From the NCBI GenBank assembly GCA_016212525.1, contig JACRGD010000005.1, positions 90,304 through 154,303 on the forward strand: 64,000 nucleotides of DNA, written 5' to 3'. Positions within the stretch are counted from its first letter, which is position 1. Each line of letters opens with the position of its first letter. The notes beneath the pieces were generated by a model. The model was not told the origin of the DNA. It was given only the letters and a program-made list of their open reading frames with translations, and did no database searches. Source of the stretch: Candidatus Micrarchaeota archaeon. Its GTDB lineage: Archaea; Micrarchaeota; Micrarchaeia; Anstonellales; Bilamarchaeaceae. The position numbers and the translations under genes are program-made. Below are positions 45,777 through 55,225 of the stretch, one piece after another.

Positions 45777-47285
45777 TCAGACGAACGCATCAACGCCCTT
45801 CTCTTTCTTCTCCTTTTTTTCTTCAAATTCGATTGCCTGGAGGTGCAACGCTTTCCCACGTTCGCGCTTTTCTGATTTTCGCTCTCGTACTCTGATAAAT
45901 ATCGGATAGTTGACCGCTTCACCAATTATGATGGCCTCTCCGACTTTGAGCGAAGTTATACTTCCCGCCACTCTGGCATCGATTCCCTCTGCGCTTTTTT
46001 GTATGTGATCAATGTCGTTGGGATTTGTAACTCGAAGAATTATGTGTGTGTTGCACTGCGAGAGTGCAGTCGTGCTTAGATTCACTGGTCTCTGACTTAT
46101 CAGGCCCAGCGATGCGCCAAACTTTCGACCCTCTCTTGCAATGGTCTCTATTACATTTCGTGAAACTGCTTCACGCTCTTCTGCTTTTTCCTTTGCAAAA
46201 TTGTGTGCTTCTTCAATTAACAGAAGAAATGGTGGAATCTTGCCTTTTTTACGCAGGTTGAATAGTCTGCGTGCAAGCATTGTAACTAGAATCTGTTTCT
46301 TTCGCTGCGAATCTATTGTGCTAAAATCAAGTATCGTGAGTTTGCCCGGGGCGATATCGCTAATGAGTTTGGGATACTCCTTCTTTTTCGATAAGAATCG
46401 ATACCTCTTTATCTCCATCAGGCTTCTCTTTAGTGCCCGTTTGGTTTTATCGTCCTGGTCATGTATTTCTATCCGGGCCATCAATTCGGTAAATTTGAAG
46501 CCCTCTCCGTCCTTGTTTTTCTCTTTCAGTTCGTGAATTGAATTTCTTAGCAAATCCCGTTGCGCAGGGCTCAAATCCGGTAGCCATTCCATTATGGTTT
46601 CCGGACTTATTTTCTTCATCGGAACCGTTATCTCATTTCCGTCTATTATCTGGGTCTGTTTGCCAAATATTGGGTCAAATCCGAATCCAACATACTCGCC
46701 ATGTATGTCTATTACTATTATCGCTACTCGGCCCTGCTCTTTCTTGCGCGAAAGTAGTTCCTCTAAAATCACGCTTGAGAGGTGTGATTTTCCGGCTCCG
46801 CTCATGGCCAATATGGCAAAATGTTTTTGTAAAAGTCGTGTTAATGAGACTTTGGCTTCCACTGGATGATGCTCTATATTTCCTAAATGAAGTCCTTCCT
46901 GCTCGAAACCCAGGAATTTCACCAATTTTTCTGCATCTGCTTCTACTACTTCAAGGCCCGGTGATGGAGGGACAAAAAGTCGCTCGAATTTTCCGCCTCT
47001 AAATGTTCCGAGCACCTTTACTCTTCCGCTAAGATACTCCCACCCGTCTGATGGAAAATGTTCTCTCACCGAGCTGGTTAGTTCGAATTCTGCTACGCTT
47101 TCGGCCTTCTCAAAATATCGATTGGCCTTGAATATCTCACTTACGAACCCGAAGATGAGTCCCTCCTTATCCTTTACCTGAACATACTGGCCTTTTTTGG
47201 CTTCCTGATTTTTTATTACGAAAAAGAATTCGAATGTGGATGGTGAATCTTCTCTGCTAATTATTGTGCCTAATCGTTTATCCAT
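45777..47285 (-). CDS. herA: HerA-like (DUF87/FtsK-HerA superfamily) ATPase
   Basis: N-terminal barrel-like region, Walker A MSGAGKSH, Walker B VAIIVIDIHGEY and LLLIEEAHNF. No adjacent NurA. Confidence 0.75.
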   Translation of the reverse strand: MDKRLGTIISREDSPSTFEFFFVIKNQEAKKGQYVQVKDKEGLIFGFVSEIFKANRYFEKAESVAEFELTSSVREHFPSDGWEYLSGRVKVLGTFRGGKFERLFVPPSPGLEVVEADAEKLVKFLGFEQEGLHLGNIEHHPVEAKVSLTRLLQKHFAILAMSGAGKSHLSSVILEELLSRKKEQGRVAIIVIDIHGEYVGFGFDPIFGKQTQIIDGNEITVPMKKISPETIMEWLPDLSPAQRDLLRNSIHELKEKNKDGEGFKFTELMARIEIHDQDDKTKRALKRSLMEIKRYRFLSKKKEYPKLISDIAPGKLTILDFSTIDSQRKKQILVTMLARRLFNLRKKGKIPPFLLLIEEAHNFAKEKAEEREAVSRNVIETIAREGRKFGASLGLISQRPVNLSTTALSQCNTHIILRVTNPNDIDHIQKSAEGIDARVAGSITSLKVGEAIIIGEAVNYPIFIRVRERKSEKRERGKALHLQAIEFEEKKEKKEKGVDAFV

Positions 47286-47333
47286 ATCTGGTTTTGGTAT
47301 AGAAAATTAATATTCCTGCTCTTCCTTTTTGAG

Positions 47334-47831
47334 TTATTCAAACTTTCCTTTGGACAAATTGACAAACTGTGGCGCTGCGCCTTCCTTTGTCCGATCTATT
47401 ATTGCAAGTAAAAGGTCCTTTCTCATTTTTCCCGCTATGCTTAGAAGTTCGAACATTTCATTTGGTGAAATCGAGCTGTTTCGATCAATTACTTTTACGA
47501 TGTGGCTTGTCTTGTCTTCTCCAGGCCTCATTCCTTTGCGGTGTAACCTTAGAAGTCCAGTTCCATCCAGACTCGGTCGTACAATGTAGCCCATGTCTCT
47601 AAAATATTTGACAATCACGTATTTGTTTTCGAATTCCGGATCGATCTTCTTTCCTTCATCCATTATCTTTTCAAAAGGCAGTTCGATGACCTTTTTCTGG
47701 GCAAAATAAGCTCCTTCGAGAAGGCTGATTTGGGTTTTTGAGCTTTCTTCTACTCCTGCACCAAGGCTTCGTAGTTTGAGTATTGTGGTCTTGTCGCTGA
47801 TTACTATGTTTCCTTCTTTTAGTTCTGCCAT
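47334..47831 (-). CDS. endA: tRNA-splicing endonuclease subunit (EndA-like), with catalytic Tyr replaced by His
   Basis: Aligns by eye along its whole length with the 179-aa M. jannaschii EndA. ISLLEGAYF matches LSLVEALYL. YVIVKYFRDMGYIVRPSLDGTGLLRLHRKG matches YLVYKDLRTRGYIVKTGLKYGADFRLYERG. SHIVKV and MRKDLLLAIID retain the His and Lys. Confidence 0.65.
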   Translation of the reverse strand: MAELKEGNIVISDKTTILKLRSLGAGVEESSKTQISLLEGAYFAQKKVIELPFEKIMDEGKKIDPEFENKYVIVKYFRDMGYIVRPSLDGTGLLRLHRKGMRPGEDKTSHIVKVIDRNSSISPNEMFELLSIAGKMRKDLLLAIIDRTKEGAAPQFVNLSKGKFE

Positions 47832-47847
47832 TTTATTCGCCTTTTTC

Positions 47848-48291
47848 CTATTGCTTTCTTATGTTTTTGTTGTTTATGAGCGTTATCAGTTCTTGGGCAT
47901 CTGCCTTTGATACTTCTGTAATGTCTATTGGATTGTCACTTCCACCTGGAGTATCGATAACAAGTCTTCCCGATCCAAATATCCTTTGAACTATGTTTTG
48001 ACTATATCTGGTTTCTGTTATTTTGTTATATGGGAGGAAATATTCTTTCTGTGTTAGTAGTCCCCTTTTATACCGCAGTCCTCCTTCTTCGAGTATGACA
48101 CTTTCAAACTTCTTCTTTATCTGAAGCACTAACAAATATGCTATCAAAACTGCTGCTGAGCCTACGGCCAGTCCGATTGTCATGTTCTTTAAAAAGTCCC
48201 GGAATGCGATTAATAATATTATTATCAGCGCTTCAATTATGATTGCCTTTACTGATTTTATGATCGGGTTTGGGTGTATTACTTTTTGCAT
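47848..48291 (-). CDS. membrane protein with a bacterial-type PH (DUF304/YdbT-like) domain
   Basis: Two N-terminal TM segments followed by YKRGLLTQKEYFLPYNKITETRYSQNIVQRIFGSGRLVIDT. Confidence 0.55.
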   Translation of the reverse strand: MQKVIHPNPIIKSVKAIIIEALIIILLIAFRDFLKNMTIGLAVGSAAVLIAYLLVLQIKKKFESVILEEGGLRYKRGLLTQKEYFLPYNKITETRYSQNIVQRIFGSGRLVIDTPGGSDNPIDITEVSKADAQELITLINNKNIRKQ

Positions 48292-48342
48292 GGTCGAACT
48301 ATTACAAAAAGATTATAAAAATCCCCCTCTATTGATGTAGTG

Positions 48343-48744
48343 ATGGCAGTTTTGACTATTTTTACTGATGGCGCATGCATCGGAAATCCAGGTCCAATGG
48401 GTATTGGCCTGGTTATCTATCGTGAAAGTCTTAAGGTTGAAGAGCTAAGCGAGCCCATTGGCAAAGGTACGAATAACATCGCTGAATACACTGCAGTTAT
48501 TCGGGCTTTGGAAACTGCACATGTGATGGGAGAGATGGCCGTTCACATCAAGAGCGACAGCGAACTCATCGTCCGACAGCTCAATAACGAATATAAGGTG
48601 AAAGATCCTGCCCTTAAGGCACTTAAGGAGCGCGTCGTTTCCCTTTCAAAACCAATGTCTGTTACATTTGAGCACATTCCCCGCGAAAGAAATTCCCAGG
48701 CGGATAAACTTTCAAAGTTGGCTGCAGAGCGTGTCCTAAGATGA
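48343..48744 (+). CDS. rnhA: ribonuclease HI
   Basis: FTDGACIGNPGP, NNIAEYTAVIRALE, SDSELIV and NSQADKLSK supply the DEDD catalytic contexts. Confidence 0.85.
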   Translation: MAVLTIFTDGACIGNPGPMGIGLVIYRESLKVEELSEPIGKGTNNIAEYTAVIRALETAHVMGEMAVHIKSDSELIVRQLNNEYKVKDPALKALKERVVSLSKPMSVTFEHIPRERNSQADKLSKLAAERVLR

Positions 48745-49886
48745 ATATCTCAAATCGATTTAATCTTGGGCCGTTTATGACCTTTGAGCACAGCAAGACT
48801 CGTCCCATTTACGACTGGTTTTGGTATAAAGAAGGTTATGCATCTGAACTTGTCGATTTTGCGCTTGATAATGAAAAGCTTTCGCCCAATCCGATCGTTC
48901 TCGATCCTTTTTGTGGAGTTGGAACTACTTTGCTTCGTGCAAAGGAGCGTGGTATCTTCTCTTTGGGAGTTGATGCATCTTCTCTCGCCACATTTGTATC
49001 TAAGACAAAAACTTCCGATTATTCCGAATCTGATCTAAACGAGGCGCTCGAATTTCTTTCCCGTCCGCTAGATGAAGGCCGAACTTCAGAATGGGAATTC
49101 GAACTATTTCCCGCACGTGCTGCATTTCCAAAGCGTAATTATTCAGAAATCCTTTCACTTCGCTCTGCTATCGATTTAGTCGAAAACGACTCGGTTTCCA
49201 ACCTTCTTCTTCTGGCCCTAATTTCCATCCTTCCACAGGCCAGCATAATCCTCAAGGATGGGGGTGTTCTAAAAATAGATAAGAAAAAAAGAGCACTTCC
49301 CGCAAAAGAAATTTTCCGACGCCGGGTTAAAAAGTTCGTTAATGATCTAAAGACTGCCAAAACGGGTTTCTGTCCCCAGGTTCTGCTTGGCGATGCCAGA
49401 AATCTCGACATCGAATCGAACTCAATAGATTTGGTTGTTACCTCTCCTCCATATCTAAATAATATTGACTACTCCAAGATCTACGGTCTTGAATTAAGCC
49501 TTCTTGAAATGAGTAAGGCTGCCGCGGCACAGATGCGTATGCGTGCACTGCGCTCTTACATTGGAAAAAATATGGATGTCCAGGATATGCCTCCCGAAGT
49601 TGGCGAAATAGGTGCCCGAATTCCGATAATCGGTACTTATTTCCGGGATATGGATCTTGTTATCTCGCAAATGTTCCGGGTGCTTAAAGACGATGGCGTT
49701 GCGCATGTCAACGTTTCCAATTCGGTTATTCACGAAACTCATGTTTTGGTCGATGAAGTGTTCGCTGAGATGGCCGAGCGTATTGGTTTTTCCCAAGTTG
49801 AAATTGTAGTTGGAGCAGAGCGGATTGCCGATGTTCGACCTGCCAAGGTCAAAACACGGGAAAGCATCGTCATAATGAGAAAATAA
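48741..49886 (+). CDS. DNA methyltransferase (N6-A/N4-C type), with no restriction enzyme seen
   Basis: SAM motif VLDPFCGVGTT near the N-terminus and catalytic motif VVTSPPY further downstream. Overlaps the rnhA stop (ATGA). Confidence 0.7.
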   Translation: MNISNRFNLGPFMTFEHSKTRPIYDWFWYKEGYASELVDFALDNEKLSPNPIVLDPFCGVGTTLLRAKERGIFSLGVDASSLATFVSKTKTSDYSESDLNEALEFLSRPLDEGRTSEWEFELFPARAAFPKRNYSEILSLRSAIDLVENDSVSNLLLLALISILPQASIILKDGGVLKIDKKKRALPAKEIFRRRVKKFVNDLKTAKTGFCPQVLLGDARNLDIESNSIDLVVTSPPYLNNIDYSKIYGLELSLLEMSKAAAAQMRMRALRSYIGKNMDVQDMPPEVGEIGARIPIIGTYFRDMDLVISQMFRVLKDDGVAHVNVSNSVIHETHVLVDEVFAEMAERIGFSQVEIVVGAERIADVRPAKVKTRESIVIMRK

Positions 49887-49930
49887 CTTGTACGTATCTG
49901 TTTTAATGTCTCTATTCTCATAATCGAGTT

Positions 49931-50563
49931 ATGCGTATTCAAGATGCCGTATCTAGACTAAAAGAACTCTACCGTACTCCTACTGCAGGTCCAAATACTT
50001 CGATAACTCCTGAAGTTCCCCTTCCAAAAATCATTGCCCTCTCAAAATATATTGGTTCAGATCATGAACTTGCTCTCCAGCTTTGGACCCAAGATTTTCC
50101 CGGTACAAAACAACTAGCGATTCTTATTGACGTTCCTAAAAAAGTTACTTCTGATCAGATGGATCATTGGATAAGTCAAACACACTCTCGCGATGTCTGC
50201 GATCTCTTATGCACTACTCTTTTTGATAAAACTGATTTTTCCAAACAAAAAATTCTTGACTGGGTTAAGAGCGAGCAGGAATTTGTGCGTCGGGCTGCCT
50301 TTGTATTAATTGCATCTACTGCTGCCAGCAAGAACAAAGTGCCTGATTCCATTTATCTGAACTATCTGTTGCTAATAGAAAAATACTCGACCGATGAGCG
50401 AAACTTTGTCAAAAAGGCAGTTAGCTGGGCACTAAAACGCATCGGCAAGCGAAGTACTACTCTGTACTCTCCCGCCCTGAAGCTCGCTGAAAAATTATCG
50501 TTATCGACTAATGATACTGCGAAATGGATCGGTATTGATGCACTTAGGGAACTCCGATCTTAA
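49931..50563 (+). CDS. DNA alkylation repair (AlkD-like HEAT-repeat) protein
   Basis: About 210 aa. EFVRRAAFVLIA and NFVKKAVSWALKRIGKRS resemble the alkylation-repair HEAT family. Confidence 0.55.
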   Translation: MRIQDAVSRLKELYRTPTAGPNTSITPEVPLPKIIALSKYIGSDHELALQLWTQDFPGTKQLAILIDVPKKVTSDQMDHWISQTHSRDVCDLLCTTLFDKTDFSKQKILDWVKSEQEFVRRAAFVLIASTAASKNKVPDSIYLNYLLLIEKYSTDERNFVKKAVSWALKRIGKRSTTLYSPALKLAEKLSLSTNDTAKWIGIDALRELRS

Positions 50564-50581
50564 TGATAATTGCGTGATCTG

Positions 50582-51106
50582 ATGATCTACGAATTTAATG
50601 GTAAAAAACCCGGATTTGCCGCTACCTGTTTTGTTGCAAAAAGTGCTGATGTTATCGGCGACGTTTCGATTGCCGATCAATCTAGTATCTGGTTCAACGT
50701 TACGATTCGGGCTGATCTCAACTCGATCCGGGTTGGCAAACGCGTGAGCATTCAGGATAATTCAGTTCTCCATACTGATGCAGGGCATTCGATCTATATT
50801 GCCGACGATGTTGTAATTGGCCACCGGGCAATCGTTCATGGTGCATCAATTGGGAGTAATACTATCGTCGGCATGGGTGCAATTCTTCTTAGCGGTTCAG
50901 TGATCGGAAAAAATTGCATTATTGGAGCCGGATCTGTCATAACTGAAGGTACAACAATTCCCGATAACTCAATTGTTCTTGGAATGCCTGGAAAAGTCGT
51001 AAAATTCGTTTCAGAAGACCAGCTTGAGCGAATAAGAAAAAATGTTCTCGAATATGTTAAGCTTAACGATCTTTACTTGAAGATCCAAATGAATTCAAAT
51101 CGGTGA
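50582..51106 (+). CDS. gamma-carbonic-anhydrase-like / hexapeptide-repeat (LbH) protein
   Basis: FVAKSADVIGDVSIADQSSIWFNVTIRAD...IGKRVSIQDNSVLH and the following hexapeptide repeats. Confidence 0.75.
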   Translation: MIYEFNGKKPGFAATCFVAKSADVIGDVSIADQSSIWFNVTIRADLNSIRVGKRVSIQDNSVLHTDAGHSIYIADDVVIGHRAIVHGASIGSNTIVGMGAILLSGSVIGKNCIIGAGSVITEGTTIPDNSIVLGMPGKVVKFVSEDQLERIRKNVLEYVKLNDLYLKIQMNSNR

Positions 51107-51981
51107 ATTCTCTGTTATTGGATAAAAAAACTCTTGGCGTTCTGTGTGTCCTGTTTGCGAGTGTGGCCTGGGCATTTGAACCTATCCTCGCGAAACTGGC
51201 TTATCTGAGTTCTGATGCATTATCAACTACTTTTTTTAGGTCTCTAATGATCTTTTTCTCCGGGCTACTCTACTTGATGCTTACTAATAATGGTAATATA
51301 AAAATAACTCAATCTGATCTCTCTGTATTGGTCTATCTGGCTTTCGCAGGTACTCTTTTTGCAGATTTTATTTATCTTTGCGCTCTAAGTCAAACTTCAG
51401 TTATAAATGCAATTTTGATTGGCCACCTACAACCTATTTTCATAGTTCTTTTTGGTTATCATCTCCTAAAAGATCACCTTACTCAGTATGATTATTTAGG
51501 TTTGTTAGTTATGATTGTTGCCGGCCTTCTTGTTACTGCAAAGACTGTTGATAATCTTCTTTCATTTCAATTTGGTACTTTGGGTGATTTATTTGCCCTA
51601 TTGGCGACAATCGGATGGGCAACTACCACCATCGCCATGAGTAAATTCCTTAAACATCTAAATTCCGGAGTAATTGCCTTCTATCGATTCGGTATCGCTG
51701 CTTCTCTGATTTTTATCTATCTTTTCATAACTGCCGCTCTCACCATTCCAAATATTTATCAAATTCTCCTGGGGCTAATTATGGGCATTGGAATTATTCT
51801 TTATTATGAGGGGCTAAAGAGAATTAAGTCTGCTCAGGTTGGTGCTCTCGAATTGTCCAGTCCTGTGTTTGCGGCTTTCCTGGCTTTTTTTATATTGGGC
51901 GAAACAACAACTCTTTTGCAATTTTTTGGATTTATTTTGTTGATCTTTGGCGTACTTACGCTCTCAAGAAAGGAGACTTAA
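51103..51981 (+). CDS. EamA/DMT-superfamily transporter
   Basis: GTG start overlapping the previous stop. About 10 TM helices in two EamA-like halves. Confidence 0.7.
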   Translation: MNSLLLDKKTLGVLCVLFASVAWAFEPILAKLAYLSSDALSTTFFRSLMIFFSGLLYLMLTNNGNIKITQSDLSVLVYLAFAGTLFADFIYLCALSQTSVINAILIGHLQPIFIVLFGYHLLKDHLTQYDYLGLLVMIVAGLLVTAKTVDNLLSFQFGTLGDLFALLATIGWATTTIAMSKFLKHLNSGVIAFYRFGIAASLIFIYLFITAALTIPNIYQILLGLIMGIGIILYYEGLKRIKSAQVGALELSSPVFAAFLAFFILGETTTLLQFFGFILLIFGVLTLSRKET

Positions 51982-52289
51982 CTAAAACATTAATTCTGGC
52001 CTGATTTCTAGTTTTATTTTATTACTTGTTGCTAACAATGTTTTAGCCATGCTTATCGGTATAGTTGGTAAACCAAATAGGAAAACAGATAAACCTGATC
52101 GTTGCATTTAGTTAATGGAAGACGTGAATATTTGGGAATTCAATACTCGCATCAGTATTCGTACCTCTGAGGTTTTCCTCACTAGGTTGGTTCGAAAAAT
52201 ATATCGAATTTACAAAACTCGAGATAATGCCCATGCAAATCTGGCCGGTATGAAAAAAAGCGTTTTCAATAATATGTTAAAATTAAGCT

Positions 52290-53276
52290 ATGCATAGGCG
52301 ATTTTTCATTCCCTTGGAAATTTGGAATCGTTTATGCGTTCTTGTTGATATCTCTCTTGAAGATCTGCAAAGAAATATTGTTGCATATAAAACTGCCGGC
52401 GGACCAAATTATGTCTCTAGTCCTATTCTGCCCGTAAAAATTACTCCCATTTTCGATATGATAATTGCCCACAATATAGCTGACGGTGGCGTGATTGACC
52501 CAAAACGGGGTAGACTTCCTTATTTTGGATACCGTCAATTCGATCCCTTATTTAGAATCTTGTATATTCAGAAAATTGAAAGCGTATTCGGTACTCTTAA
52601 TTTTCCACGATCATACTATCTAACCTCTACGCGACCCTATTGTCCCCCTGTTCTAGCAAGTCTTTTCTTTAAAATCTACAATTTAAACACGCGAAGTTTT
52701 CTTTCTCGAACTGCGAGAATTCCTCCTAGGATATTGAATAAAGATAAGCCTCATTTACTTGCAACTCTGATTGCCTTTATTATAGATGAAGGGCATGTGG
52801 ACTCAACTTTAATTTACATCAAACTAAAAAATCCTCTCTTGGCAACTGATTTGCTGAAAATTTGCGAGAAACTTGGATATTCTGCTACTCTTACAATCAA
52901 AGAAGAATATGGTGCAATATCTATCCTTCGAAGCGGAATGAAGAAATTTTTTGAAGATTATAAACTAGCTGTTCACAAATGTCCTCAACTGAATCTGGGA
53001 AAGATCGAAACGAAAATAAAAAATAGTTTCAAAATATACAATCGACCAATTTATAAGACAAAAGGCAATAAAGAACATATACTTCAGCTCATAAAGAATG
53101 AAGATCTAACCGTTAATCAAATTGCGCTTAGGATAAATATGACTCGGCAAGGAGTACGATTTCATATAAATAATCTGGAAAAAGAGCATTTGATATTTAG
53201 ATCTGGTGAAACAGGAGAGAAAAATATTGTTTATCGATACGGAGATGTATTGCATGTTAATCGGATTGGTAGGTAA
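52290..53276 (+). CDS. LAGLIDADG-like double-motif protein with a C-terminal winged HTH
   Basis: Two LAGLIDADG-like helices (MIIAHNIADGGV and LIAFIIDEGHV) about 110 aa apart. C-terminal LTVNQIALRINMTRQGVRFHINNLEKEHLI. Confidence 0.4.
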   Translation: MHRRFFIPLEIWNRLCVLVDISLEDLQRNIVAYKTAGGPNYVSSPILPVKITPIFDMIIAHNIADGGVIDPKRGRLPYFGYRQFDPLFRILYIQKIESVFGTLNFPRSYYLTSTRPYCPPVLASLFFKIYNLNTRSFLSRTARIPPRILNKDKPHLLATLIAFIIDEGHVDSTLIYIKLKNPLLATDLLKICEKLGYSATLTIKEEYGAISILRSGMKKFFEDYKLAVHKCPQLNLGKIETKIKNSFKIYNRPIYKTKGNKEHILQLIKNEDLTVNQIALRINMTRQGVRFHINNLEKEHLIFRSGETGEKNIVYRYGDVLHVNRIGR

Positions 53277-54444
53277 GCCTAGTAGCGGAAAATCAACTTG
53301 TTTTCAAGCACTTACGAGCGTGCCTGTAGAGCGCTCATCGCGACCATTCACAACAATCAAACCAAATCGTGCAGTTGCTTATGTGGAAGTCGAATGCGTT
53401 GATAAAGAATTCGGAAAGCAATGCAACCCCCGAAGCGGTTATTGTGTAAATCATAGGCGCTTCGTATCTGTCGAACTTCTCGATGTTGCTGGTCTTGTTC
53501 CAGGCGCACATGAAGGCAAAGGTTTGGGTAATAAATTCCTGGATGATCTAAGACAAGCAGACATCCTCATCAATGTCGTCGATGCGAGTGGTTCAACCAA
53601 TGAAGTTGGCGAAAAAGTTCCAACTGGCAGCTATGATCCATGCAACGATGTCCGATTCTTAGAGCAGGAGCTCGATTTCTGGATTAGCGGCATTTTGGAT
53701 AACAACTGGGCCAAACTCGTCCGGGAAGGAAACCTAAAAAAGAAAAAAAATGAAGAGATCATCGCAGAACAATTTAGTGGCCTTGGGATGGGTCGAGACG
53801 TGGTTTCACGCGTTCTAAGAGAACTTAAATTAGAAGAAAAAGTACTTTCCGAATGGACTCCTGAAGAAAAACTTTCACTTGGAAGAACTCTTCGGCGAAT
53901 TGGTAAACCCATAATCATCGCAGCGAACAAGTGCGATCTTTCAACTGGTTGGGACAACTATCAAAAACTAAAGAAAACCTTTCCTGATTATCTGGTTATC
54001 CCATGTTCTGCCGAGGCAGAAATAGCCCTTAAGGGCGCAGCAAAGGCAGGCTTCCTTGATTACATTCCCGGAGATAAGACCTTTACTATGAAGGGCGACT
54101 TGAACGAACAGCAAAAACAAGCCCTCACAATACTCAAAGCGGTCTGCGAGAAATATTCCGGAACCGGAATTCAAGGATGTCTTAATGCCGCTGTATTTGA
54201 TTTCCTAAAATACATTGCAATTTTCCCCGGCGGTGGAGATCTAGTTGATAGTCAGGGACGTACTTTGCCCGACTGTTTCCTGCTTCCCGGAAAAACTACT
54301 GCACTGGATTTTGCATTCAAGTTGCATAGCGATATAGGAAACGGTTTTATCGGTGCAGTTGATTATAAGACCCGCCAGAAGGTAGGTCGCGACCATCAGC
54401 TCAAACACCGGGACGTAATCGAGATTCTTTTCAAGAAACCCTGA
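53254..54444 (+). CDS. Obg-like GTPase/ATPase, YchF/Ygr210 subfamily, with a C-terminal TGS-like domain
   Basis: G1 GLVGKPSSGKST, G3 LLDVAGLV and G4 AANKCD. I prefer the start at MLIGLVG. It overlaps the previous gene by 23 nt. Confidence 0.8.
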   Translation: MLIGLVGKPSSGKSTCFQALTSVPVERSSRPFTTIKPNRAVAYVEVECVDKEFGKQCNPRSGYCVNHRRFVSVELLDVAGLVPGAHEGKGLGNKFLDDLRQADILINVVDASGSTNEVGEKVPTGSYDPCNDVRFLEQELDFWISGILDNNWAKLVREGNLKKKKNEEIIAEQFSGLGMGRDVVSRVLRELKLEEKVLSEWTPEEKLSLGRTLRRIGKPIIIAANKCDLSTGWDNYQKLKKTFPDYLVIPCSAEAEIALKGAAKAGFLDYIPGDKTFTMKGDLNEQQKQALTILKAVCEKYSGTGIQGCLNAAVFDFLKYIAIFPGGGDLVDSQGRTLPDCFLLPGKTTALDFAFKLHSDIGNGFIGAVDYKTRQKVGRDHQLKHRDVIEILFKKP

Positions 54445-54448
54445 TCTA

Positions 54449-55183
54449 ATGTCATCCAATTCGCGGCTCGCAACCCTTAGGAAATTTGAACTGGCATTGT
54501 CCTCGCATACCTATCTTGCATCGCTTTTTGATCTTGATGCGCGAGACTGGTCAACTGCCCTTTCAAGTCGCAATGCTTCCTTTCTGGCATTTAGGCGTCA
54601 GATTCCTCTTACTGAGTCTGCTGCTTTAGTTGTGATTGGAGCAATGGTTGATCCATTTAAGTTCAAACCTACTGTGATCTCTGCCCTTGGGCGTCTTTAT
54701 GCAGCTTCAACTGAAACTGATCCTTCTGTTCGTTTATCTGCTATCCTAAACTTTGCTGATTTTGAAGCCGGAAAAATCAGTGCCTCTATCAAATTTTCCG
54801 CACTGCCCGATGATTTTGATGTATTGTGTTCTGCAGTATTTCCAAACCACAATATGCTTAATCAATTCAATCCTGATCTTCCCATTTTGCCCTTGGGAGA
54901 CTTGTCTTCTCTTATCGATCGTGCGAACTTGGCTTTGGAAAGTCTTAAGGTTTTGCTTTCTGATGCCTCCTTTGCATCTCTTGTTGTTGCATATCGTCGT
55001 CTAGCACAGACTCGTAGTTTCAAAGCGGATCCTCACGATACTCTGATCTCTACTTCGGACGGGGCTACTTTTGATAATAGTCCTGGTGGTTTTGTTAGTG
55101 CATCTGCCCATTCTCTTGACCTAATTGGTGCATTGCCCGAGTATGTAACTCTCGCCTCAATAATCCCTCAAAAAGATTCGTGA
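54449..55183 (+). CDS. hypothetical protein
   Basis: 244-aa ORF rich in Ala, Ser and Leu. No motif recognised. Confidence 0.4.
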   Translation: MSSNSRLATLRKFELALSSHTYLASLFDLDARDWSTALSSRNASFLAFRRQIPLTESAALVVIGAMVDPFKFKPTVISALGRLYAASTETDPSVRLSAILNFADFEAGKISASIKFSALPDDFDVLCSAVFPNHNMLNQFNPDLPILPLGDLSSLIDRANLALESLKVLLSDASFASLVVAYRRLAQTRSFKADPHDTLISTSDGATFDNSPGGFVSASAHSLDLIGALPEYVTLASIIPQKDS

Positions 55184-55225
55184 TCTGCGTATCTGTCTTA
55201 AATTCATTTGTTCATCTTCTTTCTT

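Noticed and set aside
45777-47285. The HerA-like ATPase as the missing motor (VirB4-like) of the membrane-protein cluster.
   Set aside because: It is 14 kb away on the opposite strand and sits among housekeeping genes (EndA, RNase HI). Nothing links it to the cluster.
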